Source: Clostridiales bacterium
GTDB lineage: Bacteria; Bacillota; Clostridia; Oscillospirales; CAG-272
Direction of reading: 5' to 3'
NCBI GenBank assembly: GCA_012727435.1
Contig: JAAYHB010000011.1
Span: forward strand, 3,010 to 67,009
Length of the DNA stretch: 64,000 nucleotides
Below the pieces are notes generated by a model. It saw nothing but the letters and a program-made list of their open reading frames with translations, had not been told where the DNA came from and made no database searches. The number at the start of each line of letters is the position of its first letter. Within the stretch, counting starts at the first letter, position 1. Made by a program: the position numbers and the translations under genes. This document shows positions 56,431 through 64,000 of the stretch, piece after piece.

Positions 56431-58323
56431 TCAGCCGTGATAAGCGCCCGGCAGAATCTCGTCGCCGTATTTTTCCTTGGCGGCGGCAATCTTTGCAATG
56501 GCCGCATCCCAGTAGTCGAATATTTCTTTCGGCGTGTTGGGGTCTGTCTTGGCATAGAATGCCTTGGTACGCTCAAGTTTGGCTATCCACTTGGAGCAGC
56601 GGAAGGTGAAGAGGTAATCGTATGTCTCCTTGGAGAAGTCCTCATTCAGATACTTTTTGAAGAGCATCACAAGGTCTTCATATTTCGGAATCCGGCCGGT
56701 GGGGGTTTCATAGGCGTCAAACTCGCCGTGAATCCTGCCCTCGGCCCAGTGCAGCCACACCTTCTTGGCAAGCTTGCTGGTTATAAATTTCCCGTCACGG
56801 CCGCGCATGAAGTAATTTGTGCTGAAAATCTTCGGAACCTCGCGCATCCCATCGACGAATCTTATATTGTTGATTGTATACTGTCCGAGCGGGTATGATA
56901 CAAAGTCTATGTTGGCCATGGGGTTCGAGACCCGCACGCCCTCGGCGCCGAGCGTGGCACTGGTGGTCTCGGACTCAAGGGTGCAGGCCTTGAGGAGAAT
57001 GCCGTCCTTCCAGTTTGGCGACTCCTCAATCGGGACGGTGGTGTCGCTGTCGCGGCCGCCGTAGAGTATGCCCTCGACCTTCACGCCGGTTTTGGATTCG
57101 AAGCCTTCTTTATCTATGTTGTCAAGGTAATCAAGCCGCATGGTGTAGCGGGCATTGGGATGGGCGATGTCGACCACATTGCCGTCCGAATCCTTGACGC
57201 CCCGGTGCCACTTGCCGAAGTGGTTGCGGCCCTCGTCGGGCGCCTCGACGCCCATCCCCAGCCAGTAGGGCATACCGTCGGGTCCTACCAGCACGTTCGA
57301 GAAAATGACCTCCTGATCCTTCATCAGGTTCTTGAAAATCACCGGGTCGTCCTTGGCGTTGACGTCCTTGATGATGCCGAACATCCCGTTTTCGACGTTG
57401 ACCGCGCGGAACTCGCCGTTTATGTTGCGGAAGTATGCTATGTCGTCGCCGACAATCAGCTCGCCTGGAATCATGGCGGTTGAGGTCTTGCCGCAGGCCG
57501 AGGGGTATGCGCCGCAGAAATAGGTCTTGCGGTTCTTTTCCTCGTTGACCGCTGCCATGATGAACATATGCTCGCAGAGCCAGCCTTCCTGCCCCGACTT
57601 GTTGATGGCAAGACGCATGGAGTGCTTCTTCAGGCCTACCGAGTTGCCGGCGTACTGGTTGTTCATCGAATAGACAATGTTGTTCTGGGTGTCGATGTAG
57701 ACCCTTCTCTTGTCAAGGTCAACAGAGTTGTTGTTCTCATCGAGCCGGCCGGCCGAGTGGATGAAGCGGAAGAAGTCGTCCTTCTCGGAGTCCTTCATCT
57801 TCAGAAAATGGTTGTATGCCGAACGGTAGAGGATATACTCCGAGTGAGCGACATACCAGCTGTCGGTAAACTGAACACAGGGTATGGTGAAGGGACTCTC
57901 TGTCGGACCTTCGGCGAAAAAGAGCACGACTGCCTGCTTGCCCCTCATAATGCCGGCGGAAATGTCGAGGATTTCCTTTATGCCGGTTTCATACTCGATT
58001 GAGTTGAGGGCCTTCATGCGCTCAAGGTTTTCTTTATATACAAGATACTTTGTGGCATTTTTGTCGCGGCCCTGGTCGTAGTAGCTGTCCCAGTGGACTG
58101 TATGGTTCGGATAGCGCATGGGCCACTCCTCGCCGAGTGCCAGCGCCTGCTGCCGTACATACTTCATGTCTTCTTCGCTGTCGGTGCAGACATATATCGA
58201 GTCGGGGTCGCAATGCTCGGCGAAGAAGCCTACAAATTCCATGACCTTCGGGTTTTTCAGTGCGGCAAGCCTTTCAAAGCTCTCGGCGCTCATTTTGCTT
58301 TTCAGCAGCTTTTCATATTTCAT
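56431..58323 (-). CDS. pckG: Phosphoenolpyruvate carboxykinase (GTP)
   Basis: YAGNSVGLKK, WLCEHM, YPSACGKTS, VGDDIA, HPNARY, YGGR motifs. Confidence 0.95.
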   Translation of the reverse strand: MKYEKLLKSKMSAESFERLAALKNPKVMEFVGFFAEHCDPDSIYVCTDSEEDMKYVRQQALALGEEWPMRYPNHTVHWDSYYDQGRDKNATKYLVYKENLERMKALNSIEYETGIKEILDISAGIMRGKQAVVLFFAEGPTESPFTIPCVQFTDSWYVAHSEYILYRSAYNHFLKMKDSEKDDFFRFIHSAGRLDENNNSVDLDKRRVYIDTQNNIVYSMNNQYAGNSVGLKKHSMRLAINKSGQEGWLCEHMFIMAAVNEEKNRKTYFCGAYPSACGKTSTAMIPGELIVGDDIAYFRNINGEFRAVNVENGMFGIIKDVNAKDDPVIFKNLMKDQEVIFSNVLVGPDGMPYWLGMGVEAPDEGRNHFGKWHRGVKDSDGNVVDIAHPNARYTMRLDYLDNIDKEGFESKTGVKVEGILYGGRDSDTTVPIEESPNWKDGILLKACTLESETTSATLGAEGVRVSNPMANIDFVSYPLGQYTINNIRFVDGMREVPKIFSTNYFMRGRDGKFITSKLAKKVWLHWAEGRIHGEFDAYETPTGRIPKYEDLVMLFKKYLNEDFSKETYDYLFTFRCSKWIAKLERTKAFYAKTDPNTPKEIFDYWDAAIAKIAAAKEKYGDEILPGAYHG

Positions 58324-58552
58324 CACAGATACTCCTTTGGTTTTTTACCTGTATAAATTATACATTCCGGCGGTGTGTCTTGTCAATTATTATAATATGA
58401 GAAAAGCCGGCTGTTTGGGTGCCATTATTTATGGAAAATGAATATTAAAATTAAAATTCCTGCAAAACTTCAGGTTGTCGGGCAGCTTTTTGCGCTAATT
58501 TCAATTATATCATGAAAAATAAGCATGCTAAAGCTGCACGAAGTGAATCGGG

Positions 58553-59749
58553 CTAAAAGTCGGGAACATCACTTCGCGGCAGGAAATCGCCGAAGATATT
58601 TGAGAACAGCTCGCGACAGTAGGCATATGAAAAGAGAGGGTCGCGCTCGCGCACGAAGGTATTGGCGACCGCCAGCGCTTCGGAGTAATCCGAGAAGGGG
58701 TATACGGTTATCCCGGCATAGCCGCCTGTCAGGTGGGTGACAAGCGGGATGACGCAGGCGTCCTTGATAGACACAAACCCCTCCTCGTCCTTTTCGATTG
58801 TAACCTTGGCCATGCCTCCGAGCATCCGGCTGCAGACCCCTGCCCCGCGCTCGGCGGTAGAATTGACAAAATTGCCGAGCGAAAAATAGACCAGCATTTT
58901 GTGTCCGTCCTCTCTTGAATACCATTTTACCGGCTGGATTACATGCGGGTGTGTGCCGATGACAAGATCGGCGCCGCACTCAAGAAAAATCCGGCACCAG
59001 TAATCCTGTTCCTCCGAGGGCTTGTGCATGTATTCGGTTCCCCAGTGCGGGCAGATGACAACAAAGTCGGCTATCTCCCGCGCCCGCGCAGTGTCGGCTC
59101 TGACCTTTTCTTCATCGAGCAGGCTGACGATGTAGGGCATGCCGTCGGGCAGGGGTATCTCGTTTGTGCCGTAAGTATAGTTCAGCACCGCAACCCTGAT
59201 GCCCGAACGCTCGACAATCAAGATTTCCGAAGCCTCCTTCTCGCACAGCGCGGTGCCGGCAATTTTGACTTCGGGGAAATGCCCGGCCCAGTATTCGCGG
59301 CAGAGGCGCACGCCCTCGGCGCCCCGGTCGAGCGTGTGGTTGGTTGCCTGAAGCACAATGTCAAAGCCGGCTTTTGCCACCGCGTCGGCGACCTCTTGCG
59401 GGGCGTTGAACATGGGGTAGCCCGACAGCCCCAGTTTCTCCCCGGCGAGCGGGGTCTCCTGATTGATTATGGCTATGTCGGCCGCCGATATTTCGCTTTT
59501 TACGCAGGCGAAAAGGTGGTCGAAGTTATAGCTGCCGTCGGGGGCTTTGCCGCTCTGCTGTACCAGCCGGTGCATTAGCAGGTCTCCGACCATGACAATT
59601 GTGACCTGTTCGTCGTTAAACTCATCTGCCGGCATCTCGGTTCTAATCGTTTCGGGCCGGGGCGCCGGGAGGCTGTTTGCGCCGGCGGCACAGGCGCAAA
59701 GGCAGGCCACAAGAAGTATCATGCAAAAAAGCTTTATTACGGCTTTCAT
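58553..59749 (-). CDS. CapA/PgsA-family metallophosphoesterase lipoprotein
   Basis: VGDLLMH, NQETP, ATNH.LD, PHWG.EY, GTHPHV, SLGNF motifs. Confidence 0.9.
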   Translation of the reverse strand: MKAVIKLFCMILLVACLCACAAGANSLPAPRPETIRTEMPADEFNDEQVTIVMVGDLLMHRLVQQSGKAPDGSYNFDHLFACVKSEISAADIAIINQETPLAGEKLGLSGYPMFNAPQEVADAVAKAGFDIVLQATNHTLDRGAEGVRLCREYWAGHFPEVKIAGTALCEKEASEILIVERSGIRVAVLNYTYGTNEIPLPDGMPYIVSLLDEEKVRADTARAREIADFVVICPHWGTEYMHKPSEEQDYWCRIFLECGADLVIGTHPHVIQPVKWYSREDGHKMLVYFSLGNFVNSTAERGAGVCSRMLGGMAKVTIEKDEEGFVSIKDACVIPLVTHLTGGYAGITVYPFSDYSEALAVANTFVRERDPLFSYAYCRELFSNIFGDFLPRSDVPDF

Positions 59750-59882
59750 TTTTCACTCCGTTTTTGTCGTTGATAATAGTATCCTCAAGCGTATAATATT
59801 CCGGCTAAGTGAAATAATTATACTGAATTATTTACGGGAAAAGATGTGTGCATTTTCGGCGCGGTACTAAAGAGGATGAAAA

Positions 59883-60332
59883 ATGAATATCAGCAAAGAG
59901 AATTATAGAAAATATGCCGATGCGCGGGCGCCCAAATCGCCCGTGGTAAAAAACTGCATCAAGGCCTTTCTTGTCGGCGGGCTTATTTGCCTTTTCGGAG
60001 AGGCGCTCATTCAGATGTTCACCGGCCTGTGCGGGGTGTCGCGCGACGACGCTGGCACACTGAGCGCGGTTACCCTGATTTTTATCACCGTATTACTTAC
60101 CGGGCTCGGAATATTTGATAAGATTGCCAAATTCGGCGGCGCCGGAACGCTTGTGCCCATCACAGGCTTTGCCAACGCCGTTGTTTCCCCGGCAATAGAC
60201 AGCTTTACCGAAGGTCCGCTGATTGGCGTGGGCGCGAAGATATTCACGGTTGCCGGCCCGGTACTGCTTTACGGCATGCTGTCAGGGGCGATTTACGGGG
60301 TTATCCTTTGGATATGCGGCCTTTTTAAATAA
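59883..60332 (+). CDS. spoVAC: Stage V sporulation protein AC
   Basis: AFLVGG.IC, GAGTLVPITGFAN, KIFTVAGPV motifs. Confidence 0.92.
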   Translation: MNISKENYRKYADARAPKSPVVKNCIKAFLVGGLICLFGEALIQMFTGLCGVSRDDAGTLSAVTLIFITVLLTGLGIFDKIAKFGGAGTLVPITGFANAVVSPAIDSFTEGPLIGVGAKIFTVAGPVLLYGMLSGAIYGVILWICGLFK

Positions 60333-60378
60333 AAAACGGCCGCTTTTGCAGCCGTCAGTTATAAATATGAGTTTTTTA

Positions 60379-60453
60379 AGTTTTTTTGAAGATTCTTAAG
60401 GAACCTTTTTTATTAAAAAAGCTCCTCATGCAGGGTGCGGGGCGGAGCCCCGC
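60379..60453 (+). repeat. Degenerate partial copy 3 of the palindromic repeat
   Basis: AGTTTTTTTGAAGATTCTTAAGGAACCTTTTTTATTAAAAAAGCTCCTCATGCAGGGTGCGGGGCGGAGCCCCGC aligns with the core of copy 2. Confidence 0.75.
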
Positions 60454-61130
60454 TTTTTCAATGTCTGGCCGGCGCCGTGGATTGCATCAAAATCCCTTGC
60501 GAAGGCTTCGACTGCGGCGTTAATGCTCGGCATACCGAGGGCGGCCTTTATAATATCCACGCCGACGGTAGCCCCTTTTGCGCCACTTGCAAAGGCGCTT
60601 GTCACCTGGGATATGTTTCTGAAGCTTGCCGCCAGGATTTTCGACCGGCTGTTCATGCCGTCAAGAAAGCTGCGTATCTCGCTGATGACAACGAACGGGT
60701 CTATGCAGTTGTTCTCCATGCGGTTGACGTAGATGGCTATATATTCGGCGCCCGCAAGCCCTGCAAGTATGCCCTGCATGGTGGTGTATATCGCGGTGGC
60801 GGTCACCTTCACGCCTTCATTCACAAGCGCTTTTATGGCAGGGAGCCCGGCGGCGCTGACCGGGATTTTAACGTATATATCAGAACCCAGCTTGTCGAGT
60901 ATGAAATGCGCCTCGTCGATTATTTCCTGAGTGGTGGTGGAGACGGTCTGGACATGCAGGCTGCGCTGGTTCCCGCACAGCTTTTTTATTTCGGCCAGCC
61001 GGGCGTAGACGTCAATATTCCCCTCTTTTCTGAGTATGCTGGGATTTGTGGTCACCCCGCTAATAGGCCATGCGGCGAGACCTTCCCTTATCTCGTTTAT
61101 ATTTGCGGTATCGAGCATCAGTTCGTACAT
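60426..61130 (-). CDS. Transaldolase-family protein, fructose-6-phosphate aldolase type
   Basis: LDTAN, GVTTNP, YVKIP (Schiff-base Lys), HVQ and IYVNR (FSA-type Gln/Tyr), ASFR motifs. Confidence 0.88.
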   Translation of the reverse strand: MYELMLDTANINEIREGLAAWPISGVTTNPSILRKEGNIDVYARLAEIKKLCGNQRSLHVQTVSTTTQEIIDEAHFILDKLGSDIYVKIPVSAAGLPAIKALVNEGVKVTATAIYTTMQGILAGLAGAEYIAIYVNRMENNCIDPFVVISEIRSFLDGMNSRSKILAASFRNISQVTSAFASGAKGATVGVDIIKAALGMPSINAAVEAFARDFDAIHGAGQTLKKRGSAPHPA

Positions 61131-61364
61131 TTTACAGATTCCTCTTTCAGCAAAGCTTTCTTGATATTTTGCCGCCGACATTGTATCACACATCGATGTA
61201 AAGTTCAATGTCTTAACTGGCTAAAAATAGCCTGTCCCGGGCAGCTTTTATTGTTAATTTTTCGTCAAATTGCGCCGCGCCGGCAGGGAATAATATCGGC
61301 ATATCGGAGTATAATAAAAGACGAGAAACCAAATGCCGCCTCTGGCGGCGGAAAGGATACTGAA

Positions 61365-61817
61365 ATGCAGTTTAACCAAAAAGAAACCGAATTACTCAAG
61401 GACCTCAAGGGTCAGGAAAAGCTTTGTGCGGACAAGTATTCAAAGCACGCGCAGGCGGCGTCCGACCCGCAGCTTAAGGACCTGCTCGGAAGTATTGCAA
61501 AGGTTGAATACGGCCATTACGATACGATAACCCAGATTGAGAGCGGCAACGTCCCGCAGCCCGGGCAGGGCAGCCAGCAGCAGCCGACATTCAAGGCGGT
61601 TTACGGCACGACCGAGGACGAAAAGAAGAAAAACGACTGCTATATCTGCACCGACCTGTTGTCGATGGAAAAGCATGTCTCGCATATGTACGATACCTGC
61701 ATTTTCGAGTTCAGGGATCAGAATGTCCGGAACATGCTAAACCATATTCAAAAAGAAGAACAGAACCACGGCAAGATGATATACGACTATATGCAGACAA
61801 ACAACATGTATTCTTAA
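61365..61817 (+). CDS. Ferritin-like spore coat protein (Coat F-related)
   Basis: AAAGGA RBS; QE.LC..KY...DPQLK.L...E..H; DLLSMEKH..HIQKEEQNHG. Confidence 0.75.
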   Translation: MQFNQKETELLKDLKGQEKLCADKYSKHAQAASDPQLKDLLGSIAKVEYGHYDTITQIESGNVPQPGQGSQQQPTFKAVYGTTEDEKKKNDCYICTDLLSMEKHVSHMYDTCIFEFRDQNVRNMLNHIQKEEQNHGKMIYDYMQTNNMYS

Positions 61818-61836
61818 TGTGCAAGCCTTTTGCATA

Positions 61837-61862
61837 AAGCCCGTCCGGGTCCGGACGGGCTT
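61837..61862 (+). terminator. Terminator hairpin
   Basis: AAGCCCGTCCGG-GT-CCGGACGGGCTT. Confidence 0.65.
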
Positions 61863-62006
61863 GTGCTGTTTTTTAGAGTCTGCATATATGGGTTGGTGTC
61901 CTTCCTGTTTGCGGGCACTCTTATTGTTTCTCGTAGGGGCGACCTGTGGTCGCCCGCGGGTATCCCGCGCCCCTCTCCAGGTCTGCCAGCAGACTTATGG
62001 CAGCAT

Positions 62007-62160
62007 AGCGCGGGACATGGGGCCTGCGCTACTTCATTTGCGATATAGGTTGGAAAGTTTTTGGGGATTCTCAAGGGGCTTTTTTTAAAAAAGCCCCTTG
62101 AGCGGGGTGTGGGGCGGAGCCCCGCAAGTAAAGCGGGGGCATGGGGGCAGAGCTCCCCCG
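62007..62160 (+). repeat. ~150-bp palindromic intergenic repeat, copy 2
   Basis: Core palindrome at 62070-62102; GGGGCGGAGCCCC and GGGGGCAGAGCTCCCCC hairpins. Confidence 0.9.
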
Positions 62161-62164
62161 TAGA

Positions 62165-62201
62165 AAAACCGTGGTGTGGGGTTTCCCCACACCACGGTTT
62201 T
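62165..62201. terminator. Perfect 17-bp hairpin, probable spoVT terminator
   Basis: AAAACCGTGGTGTGGGG-TTT-CCCCACACCACGGTTTT. Confidence 0.8.
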
Positions 62202-62214
62202 ACCGGCCGTTTTT

Positions 62215-62772
62215 TCAGCTCTCAAGCTGCTTGCCGAGGAAGCCTGCGGCGGTCTGAATCAGTTTCGACTCGACCTCGCTGCTGATAATGTCGCGCGGAC
62301 GCTCACCGTTTACATCTGCGACCGAGGCCACGCAGCCGATCAGATCCCCTTCGCTCAAAATCGGCATGGCGCAGCTGATATAATAGTTGTCGCTGTCGGC
62401 AATGACCGGAAGTCTCTCGGCTCCTTCGCGCCACATGTAGAGCGCGCGGCTCTCGATAATGGCCTCCATTTCGTCCGACAGCTGTTTGTCGTTGAACTCC
62501 TTCTTGGGAACACCCGCAGAAGCGATAACGGCATCCCTGTCACATATAACCACCGCAAGTGAGCAGGTTTTATGGAGGGTGTCGGCATACTGGGCGGCAA
62601 AGGCGGCCAGCTCGCCTATTGGCGAGTACTTCTTGAATATTACCTCCCCTTCGCGGTCGGTATATATTTCAAGCGGATCGCCCTCACGTATCCTCATTGT
62701 GCGGCGGATTTCCTTGGGGATGACTACACGTCCCAGATCATCAATGCGACGAACAATTCCTGTTGCTTTCAT
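62215..62772 (-). CDS. spoVT: Stage V sporulation protein T (AbrB-type regulator)
   Basis: MKATGIVRRIDDLGRVVIPKEIRRT...KKYSPIGEL...AAGFLGKQLE. Confidence 0.97.
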   Translation of the reverse strand: MKATGIVRRIDDLGRVVIPKEIRRTMRIREGDPLEIYTDREGEVIFKKYSPIGELAAFAAQYADTLHKTCSLAVVICDRDAVIASAGVPKKEFNDKQLSDEMEAIIESRALYMWREGAERLPVIADSDNYYISCAMPILSEGDLIGCVASVADVNGERPRDIISSEVESKLIQTAAGFLGKQLES

Positions 62773-62893
62773 ACATTTTTGACCATTCCTTTCTTGCATC
62801 TCGGGCTTTGGCACCACGGCCGGGCAGACTGCGGCGGTAAACCCGGCGCGGGGCTGTTGCCCATGTCTTTTAACGCGGTTCTGCTTGCTTTGT

Positions 62894-62922
62894 TAGTGTT
62901 TGTATATAACGGGGATTTATGC
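62894..62922 (-). promoter_or_regulatory. Possible sigmaG-type promoter for spoVT
   Basis: Minus strand GCATA-17-AACACTA; spoVT is sigmaG-dependent in Bacillus. Confidence 0.35.
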
Positions 62923-63163
62923 GCCCGGGCAAAAAATTTAAGTGCCTTATATGCCGTATCGTGTCAGAAAAAGTCATTTTTCTCGCCGCGCGCCGCATAA
63001 CACAGTCAAGCGTCTCCCCAAAAGCAGCAAGCGCCCGCAGCCGTTCTGTTCATTTTCTAACATCATTATTGCACGGTACCGCCGGTCTTTATGCGCCTGT
63101 CCGGCATTTGTGATATATATGATGTGTCTGACGTCGTTATTTTTGTGAAATGATTTTTCGGTA

Positions 63164-63192
63164 TTGACTTATATAATAATTAGTTATACAAT
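63164..63192 (+). promoter_or_regulatory. sigmaA promoter
   Basis: TTGACT-17-TACAAT. Confidence 0.6.
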
Positions 63193-63251
63193 TAACCAAT
63201 AAGGAGCAGGAGCCTTGAGGCAATTCAATCCGCTTCTTTTTATGGAGAGTA

Positions 63252-64000
63252 ATGAAGCTGTCAAATACGATTTCCTATATCGAGCGGCGCTTCGGGATTG
63301 AGAAGGCCGTCTCTCTTATGAAAAATGCCGGTTTTACGGCAATGGACTACATGCTCAATCAACTCTGCAATGACGACAGCCCGCTCTCGGGTGAGATGTA
63401 CCGCGAGCGTGCGGAGTACATCAGAAAATGCGCCGATGAGGCGGGGATCTGTTTCAACCAGACCCATGCTCCCTTCAAATTCACCGACTGGGACACCAGC
63501 TTTGACGAGGTTGTCTTTCCGAAATTCATCCGCGCGCTTGAGATAAGCGCCATTCTCGGCGCAGAAATTGCGGTTGTTCACCCGCTTCACCACTTTGTGT
63601 ATGCGGGGCATGAAGAAGAGATATTCGAGCTCAATATGAATTACTACCGCCGCTTAATCCCGTATGCCCGGGAGTACGGGGTGAAGATTGCTATTGAGAA
63701 CATGTGGCAGACCGACCCCCTTCGGCGGCATCCGGTAGACGACACCTGCTCGCGCGCCGAGGAGTTTATCAGGTACATAGACACGCTTGACAGCGAGTAC
63801 ATTGTCGCCTGCCTTGATTTGGGCCATGTCGGGCTGATTGCAGGCGCCGGTGAGGCTGAGGATATGATACGCGCACTGGGGCATGACCGGCTGAAGTCGC
63901 TTCACGTCCACGACAACAACTACCGCGACGACCAGCATCTAATCCCGGGCATGGGGAAAATGCACTGGGATAAAATCGCGGAGGCTCTCGGCGAGATTGA
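63252..64000 (+). CDS. Sugar phosphate isomerase/epimerase (partial, runs off the window)
   Basis: MKLSNTIS...QTHAPF...VVHP...IAIENM...CLDLGH...LHVHDN...DQHLIPG (not in the supplied ORF track). Confidence 0.9.
   Translation, partial: MKLSNTISYIERRFGIEKAVSLMKNAGFTAMDYMLNQLCNDDSPLSGEMYRERAEYIRKCADEAGICFNQTHAPFKFTDWDTSFDEVVFPKFIRALEISAILGAEIAVVHPLHHFVYAGHEEEIFELNMNYYRRLIPYAREYGVKIAIENMWQTDPLRRHPVDDTCSRAEEFIRYIDTLDSEYIVACLDLGHVGLIAGAGEAEDMIRALGHDRLKSLHVHDNNYRDDQHLIPGMGKMHWDKIAEALGEI

Noticed and set aside
60435-61364. Long N-terminal part of the 460-aa + strand ORF
   Set aside because: It is the antisense shadow of the aldolase gene; the real coat protein starts at 61365 behind an RBS.
62061-62285. 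ORF MGILKGLFLKKPLERG as a small repeated protein
   Set aside because: It is an artefact of translating the palindromic repeat from a non-ATG start with no RBS.
1-64000. Prophage, IS, integrase, tRNA or rRNA genes
   Set aside because: No transposase, integrase or phage structural motifs, and no tRNA/rRNA signature, were recognised on either strand.

Overview
A 64-kb chromosomal window from a spore-forming anaerobic Bacillota (Clostridia-like: spoVT, spoVAC, a coat-type protein, sigmaA consensus promoters, many lipoproteins with PETTT-rich linkers). No rRNA, tRNA, CRISPR array or transposase was recognised. From left to right it holds: a frameshifted BspA-type LRR lipoprotein and a 28-codon YtrA/GntR relic with its operator; a corrinoid methyltransferase cluster (RACo activator, three URO-D/MtaA-fold proteins, a corrinoid protein) next to sugar oxidoreductase/epimerase genes; a large glycan and rare-sugar catabolic region (GH38, GH127, GH39, FGGY kinase, FucI-like isomerase, YjbQ, SIS, archaeal-type TIM, solute-binding proteins, anchored surface proteins); an intact MBOAT plus tandem AlgJ-like pair in which the recognisable catalytic residues are substituted; FTR-like plus thioredoxin; copA/copZ/ferredoxin; Zn uptake genes; a thioester-less alpha-2-macroglobulin-like lipoprotein split by one TAA; gltA, GTP-PEPCK, capA-like, spoVAC, an FSA-type aldolase, a coat protein and spoVT. 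A ~150-bp palindromic repeat family sits at three convergent gene junctions. The best candidates for undescribed biology are the co-degenerate MBOAT/AlgJ pair, the repeat family, the sugar-linked corrinoid demethylase cluster, and a GGC-type C-terminal anchor on a paralogue of a sortase substrate. All calls come from reading motifs by eye; no database searches were run.
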